A DNA stretch of 64,000 bases from Patescibacteria group bacterium (GCA_028718605.1 JAQULM010000002.1:1776-65775), one strand, 5' to 3'. Positions 28,650 to 38,159 are shown, counted from the first letter of the stretch. Numbers and translations: made by a program. The notes: a model not told the origin generated them from the sequence alone.

Positions 28650-29691
28650 GATGAGCACCTCCTTCAATGACAGCAGTGACGCTGAGGACCTGCTCAACAA
28701 CCGGCTTCGATGCTTCGATGAACCTGTTGTACAAGTACACAGCGATTGCGACTCCAGCGACCGCCACAACAAGCCCGCTCGGAATGCCGACCCACGCACC
28801 GTATTCGACAGTCAGCAAACTGCCAACAGTAAACGCGGTAGCGAGGAATACAATGATGATTACCGCCGCAAGGATGAGCGCGCCAAGCAGGCCGGTGCTT
28901 CGGGGGGGCGTATCGGTTGGCACCGCTGCAGGATTAGCCGGGGTCGTACGCTGGCGCCGTACCGGCAACCGCTTCCTCGCCGCCAGGACAATCCCGACAG
29001 CGATGAGTGCGATGCCGATCGGCACGCCGATCCACGGACTGTGCTGGTAGCTTAGGCCTACTCCGAGAAACACGCCCAGACCCGTGAACAAGCTCACGAT
29101 CTTGACGCGATCCCAGAACAAACCCTTTGCTTTCGCATTGTGGCTTGTCTCCTGAAGCCATGCCTGGAATTCCTCGTTGTGCGGAATTTCCCACTGGCGC
29201 GCCGTGTCGTACAGCTCCCAACCCTTGTGGGCCAGGAAGCCACTCACCTCAGCGACGTTTTTCACTCGATGCTCAGCATCAAGCTGGAACGCCGTATTGG
29301 TGTAGTCAACCACCATCCCGGATCCTTTTTCTGCCAGTTCCTTTGCGACTCGCTTGGCTTCGCTATACGCATCTTTGCCCATGATGACACCGTGGGCAAA
29401 GAGTTCCTCGATTCGATCAAAGAGCAGGCGAAATTCGCCCGGCGCGTCGCCTGTCGCGATATCAGTCCCGCCGCGAATGGCGAGCCCGATCGTCAACAAG
29501 TTAAGCAAGCCCATGACGGTCTTGTTCTCGATTCCCAGAGGGAATTTCACTTTTTCCACAAGCCCTTGAATCCGCTTGAACAAATCCCAAGACGGCTTTT
29601 CTGAAGCTGGTGGAGTGTCAACCGACGCATCAGCCACAGCAGCTGTGGCTTCAGCAGCAGTTGTATCGGTTACGATATTGTCATCTGCCAT
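28642..29691 (-). CDS. Hypothetical protein, soluble N-domain plus C-terminal TM bundle (operon gene 2)
   Basis: 349 aa; start ATG overlaps upstream TAA (TAATG); C-terminal 3-4 hydrophobic helices. Confidence 0.4.
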   Translation of the reverse strand: MADDNIVTDTTAAEATAAVADASVDTPPASEKPSWDLFKRIQGLVEKVKFPLGIENKTVMGLLNLLTIGLAIRGGTDIATGDAPGEFRLLFDRIEELFAHGVIMGKDAYSEAKRVAKELAEKGSGMVVDYTNTAFQLDAEHRVKNVAEVSGFLAHKGWELYDTARQWEIPHNEEFQAWLQETSHNAKAKGLFWDRVKIVSLFTGLGVFLGVGLSYQHSPWIGVPIGIALIAVGIVLAARKRLPVRRQRTTPANPAAVPTDTPPRSTGLLGALILAAVIIIVFLATAFTVGSLLTVEYGAWVGIPSGLVVAVAGVAIAVYLYNRFIEASKPVVEQVLSVTAVIEGGAHHA

Positions 29692-30818
29692 TAGACTTCT
29701 CCTCCTGCGGGATCAGCGGGGACGACAAGCGTCCCATGGATCTGCGCCCAGAGCGCGTCAATGCGCGTCCGGTTTTCTTTATGCAGGGTATCGTTTCGTT
29801 TACGGGCTTCTTCGTGGGCGTCTCGCCTTTTTTGAAGCCAATCCTCAATCCGATCCCAGAATTCTGAATCACCTTGGCGCCGATGCTCCGAGAGGAGCAG
29901 CGAACACCGATGGTCATGTGTTGGCATGCTGGCCAGGCGTTCAAACTCCTGGTTGTTCCAGCTTGCCATCAATTGCCGAACTTTCTTGACCGCGTCGTTG
30001 CCGAACTTCTCCTGGACGTAGTCCAGGAAGTCGACGATAGTCAGGCGCGTTACCTCATCAAGTGCCAGGATCGCCATGATCGCCTTGGTTTCACGTTCTT
30101 CCGGCGCGCCGTGCTTTTCGTCGCCCGGGAGGAATCCCATGACGTCGAAAATACCGAATAGCGTGCTGAAGTCCGGAACCGTGCCGCGCTGCATGCGCTG
30201 CGCGATCTTCTCGACCTGCTGCGGCTTCATGGCAGCGAATATCGCCGAAACGCGCTTACGCTTCGCCTCATCGAGCTCTTCGAGCCCGGCGAGCCACGCA
30301 GCCCATACGTCTTCGCCGACGTTCAGGGCAAACATCGAAAAGTTCGCCATGCCGTCGAGCGTCTGTTTCAGGTCAGCGATCGCGCCCTTGACCGCAGCCG
30401 GATGCTCTTGCGGAGCACCCACGCGGCCTTCGAGCCGGTCCTTCACCGACTTTTCCCACGCAGCGACGAATCGCGTGCGCAGGTCGTCGATCAGCGGCGG
30501 CGTGTTCGTCACGCGCGCGATGCCGATCGACAGGTACTTCGTCAACCATGACGACAGATCGAGGAGTTTCCTCGTCGCTGGGTCGTCAAAGGCCTTCTGG
30601 GGTATCTGGCGAACCAGGTACTCCACGGCCGGGCCCATGCCCGTATCCACGAACTGCTGCGTAACATCGGCTCCCCACGATTTCTTCGGTGGGGCCGACG
30701 CGGCGTTGGCGTTGGCATTGCTGCCTCCGCCTGATCCGGACGTACGTTCATCCCGGCGATTTTTATCGCGCCGAAAATCCCGCCGCCCCCTGTCTTTTCT
30801 GTGGTCATTTCTGTCCAC
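29691..30818 (-). CDS. Hypothetical cytoplasmic protein with Arg/Asp-rich N-terminus (operon gene 1)
   Basis: GTG start; AGGAGG placed 8 nt before GTG at 30818 (GTG at 30827 directly abuts the SD); no recognisable domain. Confidence 0.4.
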   Translation of the reverse strand: MDRNDHRKDRGRRDFRRDKNRRDERTSGSGGGSNANANAASAPPKKSWGADVTQQFVDTGMGPAVEYLVRQIPQKAFDDPATRKLLDLSSWLTKYLSIGIARVTNTPPLIDDLRTRFVAAWEKSVKDRLEGRVGAPQEHPAAVKGAIADLKQTLDGMANFSMFALNVGEDVWAAWLAGLEELDEAKRKRVSAIFAAMKPQQVEKIAQRMQRGTVPDFSTLFGIFDVMGFLPGDEKHGAPEERETKAIMAILALDEVTRLTIVDFLDYVQEKFGNDAVKKVRQLMASWNNQEFERLASMPTHDHRCSLLLSEHRRQGDSEFWDRIEDWLQKRRDAHEEARKRNDTLHKENRTRIDALWAQIHGTLVVPADPAGGEV

Positions 30819-30823
30819 GATAC

Positions 30824-30904
30824 TCACCTCCTTGTAGGTGATGTTAGGTTAAAGGTTACAACAGTTGTATCTATACAACATTTACATGTTTTCATAGTGC
30901 TCAT
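30824..30904 (-). CDS. Small ORF, 26 aa, Cys-rich (MSTMKTCKCCIDTTVVTFNLTSPTRR), leading the operon; alternative 68-aa form from 31030
   Basis: AAAAGGAGGTGCC precedes ATG at 30904; stop TGA overlaps SD/start of next gene (AGGAGGTGA); same strand as operon. Confidence 0.3.
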   Translation of the reverse strand: MSTMKTCKCCIDTTVVTFNLTSPTRR

Positions 30905-31078
30905 GGCACCTCCTTTTGTTTGTACCTCAACTCCCTTCATCACGAGGGGTGAGTATATGGTTTTCACAGAAATATAAAACCCACACAGTACTCTTGCCAG
31001 TCCAGTAATTGGATTGTCAATGAACCACATGGATTTCCTGGAGCAAAACGCAAAAATGGCATTTTACTTCAGCTTGCT

Positions 31079-31108
31079 ACCTTACAACAAAAATACCTCC
31101 TTTGTCAA
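31079..31108 (-). promoter_or_regulatory. Putative promoter of the small-ORF/three-gene operon (TTGACA-N18-TAAGGT on minus strand)
   Basis: rc of 31103-31108 = TTGACA, rc of 31079-31084 = TAAGGT; about 170-nt leader to small ORF. Confidence 0.3.
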
Positions 31109-31148
31109 GGTGGATAACGCTTACTCAGGATCTGTGCGTCTGAACTCT

Positions 31149-32015
31149 CTACGGTAGTATACGGACTGCTGTTCCGTCACTTACCATCCGTATGTCCCCC
31201 ACCTCATCCGTCCGAAACGTCCTCATGCCAAATTTCTGAAGCAACATTATTACTGACCGGTGGGGGTGACCGTAGCTGTTGCCTGCTCCAACGGAGATAA
31301 TGGCGTATTCTGGATCAATGGTCTCCAGAAATTCCTCCGACGACGAATACCTACTGCCGTGGTGCCCAACCTTGAGAACATCGCTTCCAAGTGCCGAATT
31401 ATTTTTTTCGACAAGTACTTTTTCAACTTCCGTGGGCGCGTCGCCGGTTAACAGAAACGAAGTGTTTTGGTATGAAACGCGCACAACGATTGACATCGCA
31501 TTCAGGTTTTTTGGTTTAGCCTGTTCGTTGTTTACTTCTGGAAACAGCACATGAATGCTCGTCAGGCCGAACGTGAACGCCTGCCCTCCATGCGGTTCAA
31601 CCACCGGAATATTTTTCTCCCGAACCATCTCGCGCAACGCAACAACGCACGGCGACTCTGACCCCGCATCTTCGTAGAGCAACGCGCGTACCGCGTACCG
31701 CTCTAGCACGTCAACGAGCCCGCACGCATGGTCAGCATGTTCATGCGTCAGGACGACAAGGTCGATGGTATGGTCGTAAAACGGCAAGGCATTCCCGATC
31801 TTCGGTAAAACGCCTGCGTCTGGACCGCCGTCGACAAGGATCGAATCGCCAGATGGAGTCTGGACAAATATACTGTCGCCCTGGCCAACATCAAAGAAAG
31901 TAACACGCAGGTCTTTACTTCTCTGGTTCGCATAGAAAGCAAGGGTTGCAAGTGCTCCCCCAACAATAACGGTACCTATGGCAATCCGAATATGTCTCTT
32001 CCTTTGAGCTGTCAT
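31149..32015 (-). CDS. MBL-fold metallo-hydrolase corresponding to the ComEC C-terminal domain, with own N-terminal TM anchor
   Basis: LVLTHEHADHACGL (HxHxDH), GDSIFVQTPSG, KVGHHGS; ATG at 32015 immediately follows stop of upstream ComEC membrane gene. Confidence 0.75.
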   Translation of the reverse strand: MTAQRKRHIRIAIGTVIVGGALATLAFYANQRSKDLRVTFFDVGQGDSIFVQTPSGDSILVDGGPDAGVLPKIGNALPFYDHTIDLVVLTHEHADHACGLVDVLERYAVRALLYEDAGSESPCVVALREMVREKNIPVVEPHGGQAFTFGLTSIHVLFPEVNNEQAKPKNLNAMSIVVRVSYQNTSFLLTGDAPTEVEKVLVEKNNSALGSDVLKVGHHGSRYSSSEEFLETIDPEYAIISVGAGNSYGHPHRSVIMLLQKFGMRTFRTDEVGDIRMVSDGTAVRILP

Positions 32016-33529
32016 ACAGGCAATGATGCGCGTTTCTTTCTTCTGCTCAACACCAACAGTGTGCCGAAAAGCACACAATACAGGATGGCGAGGAGGGACG
32101 TTTGGATCCTCAGAGAATCAATTGACGAAAATGAAAATTGGGCAAACGTCCGCACGATAAACAAGATATACCCCAGCACCAGCCACACAACCCACCCAAC
32201 CGCCTGGCCAAGCGGAACCCATACGATTGCACATACGCCCGCAATAAAACCAAACGCCATCGCAAGGGGCACCATCGGCAAAATGAGAACATTCACCAGC
32301 GGCGCAACGACCGACATCCTGCCGAATTGGTACATTATGAGCGGCAACGTCATCATTGTTGCTGAAAGCGTCGCAACGAGGTTCGCTCGGAATTCAAACG
32401 GATTTGGCATCCATCTAAACAGCCGTTCAATATGCGGCGATGCATACACGAGACCAACCGTTGCGAGGAAAGAAAGCTGGAAGCCGGCATCAAACGCGAG
32501 TATGCGGGGGTTCCACATAAGCATGGCAACGGCAGCGAACACCAAGCTATTGGTGACCCTGCTCATACGGCCTGCCTGCGTAGCGAGCAATACGAGCATG
32601 CCCATCACCGCTGCCCGTACAACAGATGCCTGCGCTCCTGTAATGGCGACAAAAAAACCAATTGCCCCAAGCGACACCCAGAACGCCTTTTTTCGCGGTA
32701 TCAACAATCGCTTGCATACGTTCATGATCATCACCGCGATAATGGTAATGTTGTATCCGGAAAGCGCGACGATGTGCGTTGTACCGGTGCGGCTGAAACT
32801 CTGCATTAATTCGTCGGGAATTGCCCGCTTTGCACCGAGTACGAGTCCCGCGAGGAATGATGCATGCGGCTCCGGAAGCGACTGCTGCACAGCGCGGACA
32901 AAGCCCGCCTTGACGGAAAGCATGGCATGCATCACTGGATTGCCATATCGACGTCCAGTTTCAACAACTTCAGACTTTATGCATAATGAATAAATGCCAT
33001 ACCGCGCAAGATACTGGTCGTAGCGGAACGTACGCTGGCCATTACCGACATCCGTGACGATTGGTTCTGGCGTTTTTAACACGCACGAACATTCCACCAG
33101 AGAACCGTACTCATATGCAGGGTACCGTGGCACTGTCACGAGTACCTTTCCCCGAACCTGCGCTGGCAATCCTTCCAACCCCTGCGATGCGCTCAGTGTA
33201 AGCTTCACCGTATCCTGGCGAATGTCCGGCTCAACTGACACAGTGCCGCGAAACCGCACTTCCCTGCCATTATATGCCTGGATGTCGTGATTGCCGACGC
33301 GCGGAATTGACAATTCATAGCGGACGATGCCAGCTGCACACGCGAGAATACATACTCCCGCAATCCATACGGTGCTGCGTGAGTGCCCGAATAGCATGCC
33401 ACACAAACCAACTATAATAACACCATAAACAACAGCTGTGCCCAAAGGTGCGAACGACCGCAACCCCACACCGGTGATAAACCCAAGGCAGATGACAAGA
33501 AATACTTTATAGTTCGGGAGTTTCCCCAT
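32012..33529 (-). CDS. comEC: ComEC/Rec2 DNA-uptake channel, membrane (competence) domain only
   Basis: 505 aa polytopic protein with DUF4131-like N-term and competence-domain helices; lacks MBL domain, which is encoded by the next gene. Confidence 0.7.
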   Translation of the reverse strand: MGKLPNYKVFLVICLGFITGVGLRSFAPLGTAVVYGVIIVGLCGMLFGHSRSTVWIAGVCILACAAGIVRYELSIPRVGNHDIQAYNGREVRFRGTVSVEPDIRQDTVKLTLSASQGLEGLPAQVRGKVLVTVPRYPAYEYGSLVECSCVLKTPEPIVTDVGNGQRTFRYDQYLARYGIYSLCIKSEVVETGRRYGNPVMHAMLSVKAGFVRAVQQSLPEPHASFLAGLVLGAKRAIPDELMQSFSRTGTTHIVALSGYNITIIAVMIMNVCKRLLIPRKKAFWVSLGAIGFFVAITGAQASVVRAAVMGMLVLLATQAGRMSRVTNSLVFAAVAMLMWNPRILAFDAGFQLSFLATVGLVYASPHIERLFRWMPNPFEFRANLVATLSATMMTLPLIMYQFGRMSVVAPLVNVLILPMVPLAMAFGFIAGVCAIVWVPLGQAVGWVVWLVLGYILFIVRTFAQFSFSSIDSLRIQTSLLAILYCVLFGTLLVLSRRKKRASLPV

Positions 33530-33533
33530 AAAC

Positions 33534-33569
33534 GAAAAACTTTCCGCGAATAAACGGGGAAAGTTTTTC
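33534..33569 (-). terminator. Strong hairpin downstream of glmS / upstream of comEC
   Basis: GAAAAACTTTCC ... GGAAAGTTTTTC perfect 12-bp stem. Confidence 0.4.
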
Positions 33570-33610
33570 TACTACCAACCTACTATAGTCTCAAATGAAT
33601 GTCAAGCTGT

Positions 33611-35506
33611 CTATTCCACGGTTACGGACTTCGCCAAGTTCCGCGGTTTGTCCGGATCGTGGCCGCGTAATACCGCAATCTCGTACGCCAGCAACTGCAG
33701 GGGAACCGTCGCGAGCACCGGAACCAGGTGCGCGAGCGTGTTCGGCACCTCGATGACCCATTCAGCCATCTTCGAAATTTCATCGTCGCCCTCGTTCACG
33801 ACTGCGATTATCCGGCCGCCACGGGCACGAACTTCTTCTGCGTTTGATGCGATCTTTTTATAACTCTCCGGCTCTTCGCTGTCGTGCGGTGCGATAATCA
33901 CGACCGGCATATTCCGGTCAATGAGCGCGATCGGCCCGTGCTTCATCTCTGCAGCCGAATAACCCTCGGCATGGATATATGAGATTTCCTTCAACTTCAA
34001 AGCCCCTTCCAGGGCGATCGGGTAATTGTATCCCCGTCCGAGATAAAGGAAGTTGTTTGTATTTTTATACTCTCGCGCGATTTGTTGGACAATGCCGTCG
34101 CCGGTGTCTTTATGATAGACGGTCTGCAATACCCGCTCGATTTTCTCAGGGAGCGAGAGAAGTTCGTGGACGATTTTTAGCGCATCCTTGTCAGGAATAC
34201 GCTTTGTGCCGTCCGCGAGCGGCTGCCGTTGGTCCATAAAATGCGACAAGCCCAGGTTCAGAAGTGAAAACGCGACAACCTGCGAAGAAAACGCCTTGGT
34301 CGACGCGACACCGATCTCGGGACCAGCATGGAGATACACTCCCCCGTCAACCATGCGTGCAATCGTCGAGCCGACGACATTCACAATGCCCATACTGTAC
34401 GCCCCGAGCTTCTTCGCGAGCTGCGCTGCACCTTTTGTGTCTGCCGTCTCTCCGGACTGGGACACGCTCACGGCGAGCGAATTGGGGACCATGACTGGCT
34501 GCCGATACCTGAATTCCGACGCCTGTTCACATGTTACGGGCACCTTAAGCAGTTTTTCCATAAGGAAGGCGCCAACCAGCCCTGCGTGCCACGATGTGCC
34601 GCATGCTAAAATTTTAATGGCATCGATGCGCGATACGTGCTCCGGAAAACCGTTCTGCAGGCAACGCATGCGCACATCGGTCTCATTCTTCTTGATCTTG
34701 CCGCCCAGTAAATTTCGAATTGATTGGGGCTGCTCATAAATTTCTTTCAGCATGAAGTGCGGAAAACCGCCCTTCTCAATCATTTCCAGGTCCCATGTGA
34801 TTTTCTCAACTTCCTTCTTAACATCCTTGTTATCGAGAGTCATTGTTCGATACCCATCCTTCGTGACAACAGCCATTTCACCATCTTCGAGGTATACCAC
34901 GTTACGCGTATAGGGAAGCAATGCGGCTGCATCCGACGCGACAAAAAACTCTCCCTGCGCGACCCCGATCACGATAGGGCTCCCATTGCGCGCGACAACG
35001 AGCTTCTTGGGTTCCTTCGTGCATATCGCGACCAATCCATACGTTCCTTCGAGCTGGGCAAGCGCTTTCTGCACTGCAATCTCAAAATCCCGCCCTTCAT
35101 AATAGCGTTCGATGAGATGGGCTATCACTTCCGTGTCTGTCGCGGAACGGAACGTATGCCCTTCTTTCTGGAGAAGCTGCTTCAATGACCGGTAGTTCTC
35201 TATGATGCCATTATGCGCGATCGCAATATTCCCCTCGGAATCGGTGTGGGGATGGGCATTAACCTCAGATGGCTCGCCATGGGTAGCCCAGCGGGTATGG
35301 GCAATTCCGACTGTGCCGAAAAGGGAGTTGTCGAGTAGTTTTTTTTCGAGTGCCGCAATTCTCCCGACTGCTTTGATGATATTGATGCCGTCGCTGACAG
35401 TCGCAATGCCCGCAGAATCATACCCGCGGTATTCAAGACGCTTCAAGCCATCGAGGAGCACTGGGGTTGCTTCTCGTGAACCGATATATCCGACTATCCC
35501 ACACAT
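33611..35506 (-). CDS. glmS: Glutamine--fructose-6-phosphate aminotransferase
   Basis: MCGIVGYIG N-terminal nucleophile, two SIS domains, C-terminal ...VTVE. Confidence 0.9.
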   Translation of the reverse strand: MCGIVGYIGSREATPVLLDGLKRLEYRGYDSAGIATVSDGINIIKAVGRIAALEKKLLDNSLFGTVGIAHTRWATHGEPSEVNAHPHTDSEGNIAIAHNGIIENYRSLKQLLQKEGHTFRSATDTEVIAHLIERYYEGRDFEIAVQKALAQLEGTYGLVAICTKEPKKLVVARNGSPIVIGVAQGEFFVASDAAALLPYTRNVVYLEDGEMAVVTKDGYRTMTLDNKDVKKEVEKITWDLEMIEKGGFPHFMLKEIYEQPQSIRNLLGGKIKKNETDVRMRCLQNGFPEHVSRIDAIKILACGTSWHAGLVGAFLMEKLLKVPVTCEQASEFRYRQPVMVPNSLAVSVSQSGETADTKGAAQLAKKLGAYSMGIVNVVGSTIARMVDGGVYLHAGPEIGVASTKAFSSQVVAFSLLNLGLSHFMDQRQPLADGTKRIPDKDALKIVHELLSLPEKIERVLQTVYHKDTGDGIVQQIAREYKNTNNFLYLGRGYNYPIALEGALKLKEISYIHAEGYSAAEMKHGPIALIDRNMPVVIIAPHDSEEPESYKKIASNAEEVRARGGRIIAVVNEGDDEISKMAEWVIEVPNTLAHLVPVLATVPLQLLAYEIAVLRGHDPDKPRNLAKSVTVE

Positions 35507-35507
35507 A

Positions 35508-36606
35508 TTATTTTTTTACCGTTAATCGTAAATAATGTTCAATGAAGCTGTCGATCATGCCATCCAACACCGATGCGACATCGGCTGTTTCGTGTTTCGT
35601 CCGATGGTCTTTCACCATCGTATACGGCTGCAATACGTACGAGCGAACCTGATTGCCCCAGGCTGCTTCCTGGTACTCCCCGCGGAGCTGCTGTTTCTCT
35701 TTCTGCTGGTCCTGCACCCGCAAGGCGTGGAGTTTGCTCCGAAGTATTTTTAAGGCTGTTTCCCTATTCTGCTGCTGCGAACGTTCATTCTGGCACGCAA
35801 CCGTGATCCCGGTCGGCTTATGAACGATGCGAACTGCCGAATACGTCGTATTCACCGATTGCCCGCCGTGCCCGGACGAGAGGTACGTGTCAACGCGAAT
35901 ATCCTTTTCATCGATCTTCTCCTCTTGGACGTCCGTCATTTCGGGGAGCACCTCCACGAGCGCGAATGAGGTATGCCGCATCTTCTCCGCGTCAAAAGGT
36001 GATATTCGCACCAGGCGGTGCACGCCGGCCTCGGCTTTCAGAAACCCATACGCATACCGACCCCGTACTTCCATCGTAATGCTCTTGATACCGGCCTCGT
36101 TCCCGATGGATTCATCAACAACGCGCACGATCCACCCTTTCCGCTCCGCAAACCGGAGATACATCCGCAAGAGCATAGCCGCCCAATCTTGTGCATCAAC
36201 GCCGCCAGTGCCTGCGTGGATAGCTACAATCGCATTACGTTCATCATACTCTCCGGATAACAGGATGTAAAACTCAAGCGAATCAAACGTTTTTTGGAGT
36301 TTTTGGAGTTGCTCCTCGAAATACGCCTTCATCGTATGCTCGTTCTCCCGTTCAGCCTCCTCCGCGATTGCCAGCAAATCATGCGTTTCCCGCTCTATCT
36401 GTTCCCACCGCTGGAGCTCGCTTTTCAGCTCGTCTAAACGCTGGCTCTTGGCTTTTGCCCTGTCTTGCTGGGACCAGAAATCAGGCTCAGACATCTCAGA
36501 CTCGAGCGTTGTTATCTCGTTTTTTACGCTATCCAGGTCAAAGAAACCTCCATGTACGGAAGATTTTTTCCTGCAAAACCCGAATCTTCTCGATTAACTC
36601 CTTCAT
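35508..36606 (-). CDS. prfB: Peptide chain release factor 2 with programmed +1 frameshift
   Basis: SPF tripeptide, GGQ motif; frame-0 ORF MKELIEKIRVLQEKIFRTWRFL ends at CTT TGA C (TGA 36538-36540) with internal SD GGAGG upstream; +1 frame continues to 35508. Confidence 0.85.
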
Positions 36607-36806
36607 AGCTCTGCGCTCAAAGATATAGTGGCATAATAGCGGAAACCTCCCGGTTTGGCAAATTTGACATGACAGGCCCCAGGATGATACGCTTACTCCG
36701 GAACATACGATTGCATAAATGTAAAAAACTGGCTGCGGACGACGCGCAACTTTGCCCCGTTTCCCGCATTCTCTTTTTTATTAATAAATACCTAACGAAC
36801 CAGCCT

Positions 36807-38150
36807 ATGAGGCAAAAAAAGCCAACGAGCGTCGACGAATTATTCGAAAAAATGAACGAAAAGAATGTCGCGTTCATCAGGCTGCTCTTCACTGATATCC
36901 TCGGCATGCTCAAGAGCATAAGCGTTTCGCGCCGGGAGATCGAAAAAATCCTGACGCACGGCCAAGCAATAGATGGATCGTCAATTGAGGGCTTTGCGCG
37001 CATCGAAGAGTCAGATCTGGTTATCAAACCGGACATCCACACGTTTAAAGTATTCCCGTGGCAGATTAACGGCGACACGGTCGGTTCTATGTTTTGCGAT
37101 GTGGGAACACCGGACGGGAAACCATACGAGGGTGACCCCCGCTACATACTCAAACAGATGGTTGAGCGCGCAACTAGCGAAGGTTATATCCCCAAAGTCG
37201 GCCCCGAAATCGAATACTTCTATTTCAAGGACGGCGCCAGCACCGAACTGATAGACCACAACGGTTATTTTGACGCCTCGACAGTCGACCAAGGCACCCG
37301 CGCACGCAAACGGGCGGTAACCGCACTGGAACAAATGGGGGTAAAGGTTGAGAGCCTGCACCATGAAGTCGGCCATTCACAGCATGAGATCGATCCTCAC
37401 TACCACCGCCCGATAAAAATGGCAGACCAAGTCATGACCGCCCGGTTTATTATCAAAGAAACAGCGATCCAGGAACAAATTTATGCAACGTTCATGCCAA
37501 AACCAATACCGGACCAGAATGGATCAGGTATGCACGTGCACCTCTCGCTTTCTCAGGAAGCGCATGGGAGCCAGCGCAATATTTTTTACGACCCAAAAGG
37601 CGCCTGCTCACTGTCACCAATCGCCTACCAATGCATCGGCGGCCTTCTCCGCCACAGCAAAGCGATGTGCCTCGTCACCAACCAGTGGGTCAATTCCTAC
37701 AAACGCATTATCCCCGGTTTTGAAGCTCCGGTGTATATTTCGTACGGTACGTGGAACCGGAGCTCTCTCATACGCATACCGATCTGCAAAAACCCGCAGT
37801 CTGCCCGCATTGAGCTCCGGAATCCGGATCCGGCATGTAATCCCTACCTCGTTTTCGCGGTCATGCTCGCGGCTGCGCTTGACGGCATCAAAAACCCCCA
37901 GCCCTTGCCGCCGCCTGTTGAGGATGATGTGTATACGATGACGGAAGCCCGGCGCGAAGAACTGAATATCGACTCCTTGCCGGCAAACTTAAATGAGGCG
38001 ATTGAGCATTTCCAGTCAGATCCGCTCATGAAGCAAACGCTTGGGGAACACGCGTTTAAATCCCTCATAGCTAACAAGCGGATCGAGTGGGATAATTTCA
38101 GGCGTGCCATTACGGACTACGAGCTGAAAAACTACCTCCCAATTCTTTAG
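36807..38150 (+). CDS. glnA: Glutamine synthetase type I
   Basis: FTDILGMLK, DGSSIEGF...IEESD, nucleotide-binding KPIPDQNGSGMHVH; start at MRQKKPTS (36807). Confidence 0.85.
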   Translation: MRQKKPTSVDELFEKMNEKNVAFIRLLFTDILGMLKSISVSRREIEKILTHGQAIDGSSIEGFARIEESDLVIKPDIHTFKVFPWQINGDTVGSMFCDVGTPDGKPYEGDPRYILKQMVERATSEGYIPKVGPEIEYFYFKDGASTELIDHNGYFDASTVDQGTRARKRAVTALEQMGVKVESLHHEVGHSQHEIDPHYHRPIKMADQVMTARFIIKETAIQEQIYATFMPKPIPDQNGSGMHVHLSLSQEAHGSQRNIFYDPKGACSLSPIAYQCIGGLLRHSKAMCLVTNQWVNSYKRIIPGFEAPVYISYGTWNRSSLIRIPICKNPQSARIELRNPDPACNPYLVFAVMLAAALDGIKNPQPLPPPVEDDVYTMTEARREELNIDSLPANLNEAIEHFQSDPLMKQTLGEHAFKSLIANKRIEWDNFRRAITDYELKNYLPIL

Positions 38151-38159
38151 AATACGACC

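Noticed and set aside
30824-31030. 68-aa version of the small ORF (MWFIDNPITGL...)
   Set aside because: No convincing SD before ATG 31030, whereas the internal ATG 30904 has AAAAGGAGGTGCC; kept only as an alternative
35507-35520. glmS ribozyme upstream of glmS
   Set aside because: prfB stop lies 2 nt upstream of the glmS start codon; no room for a riboswitch leader
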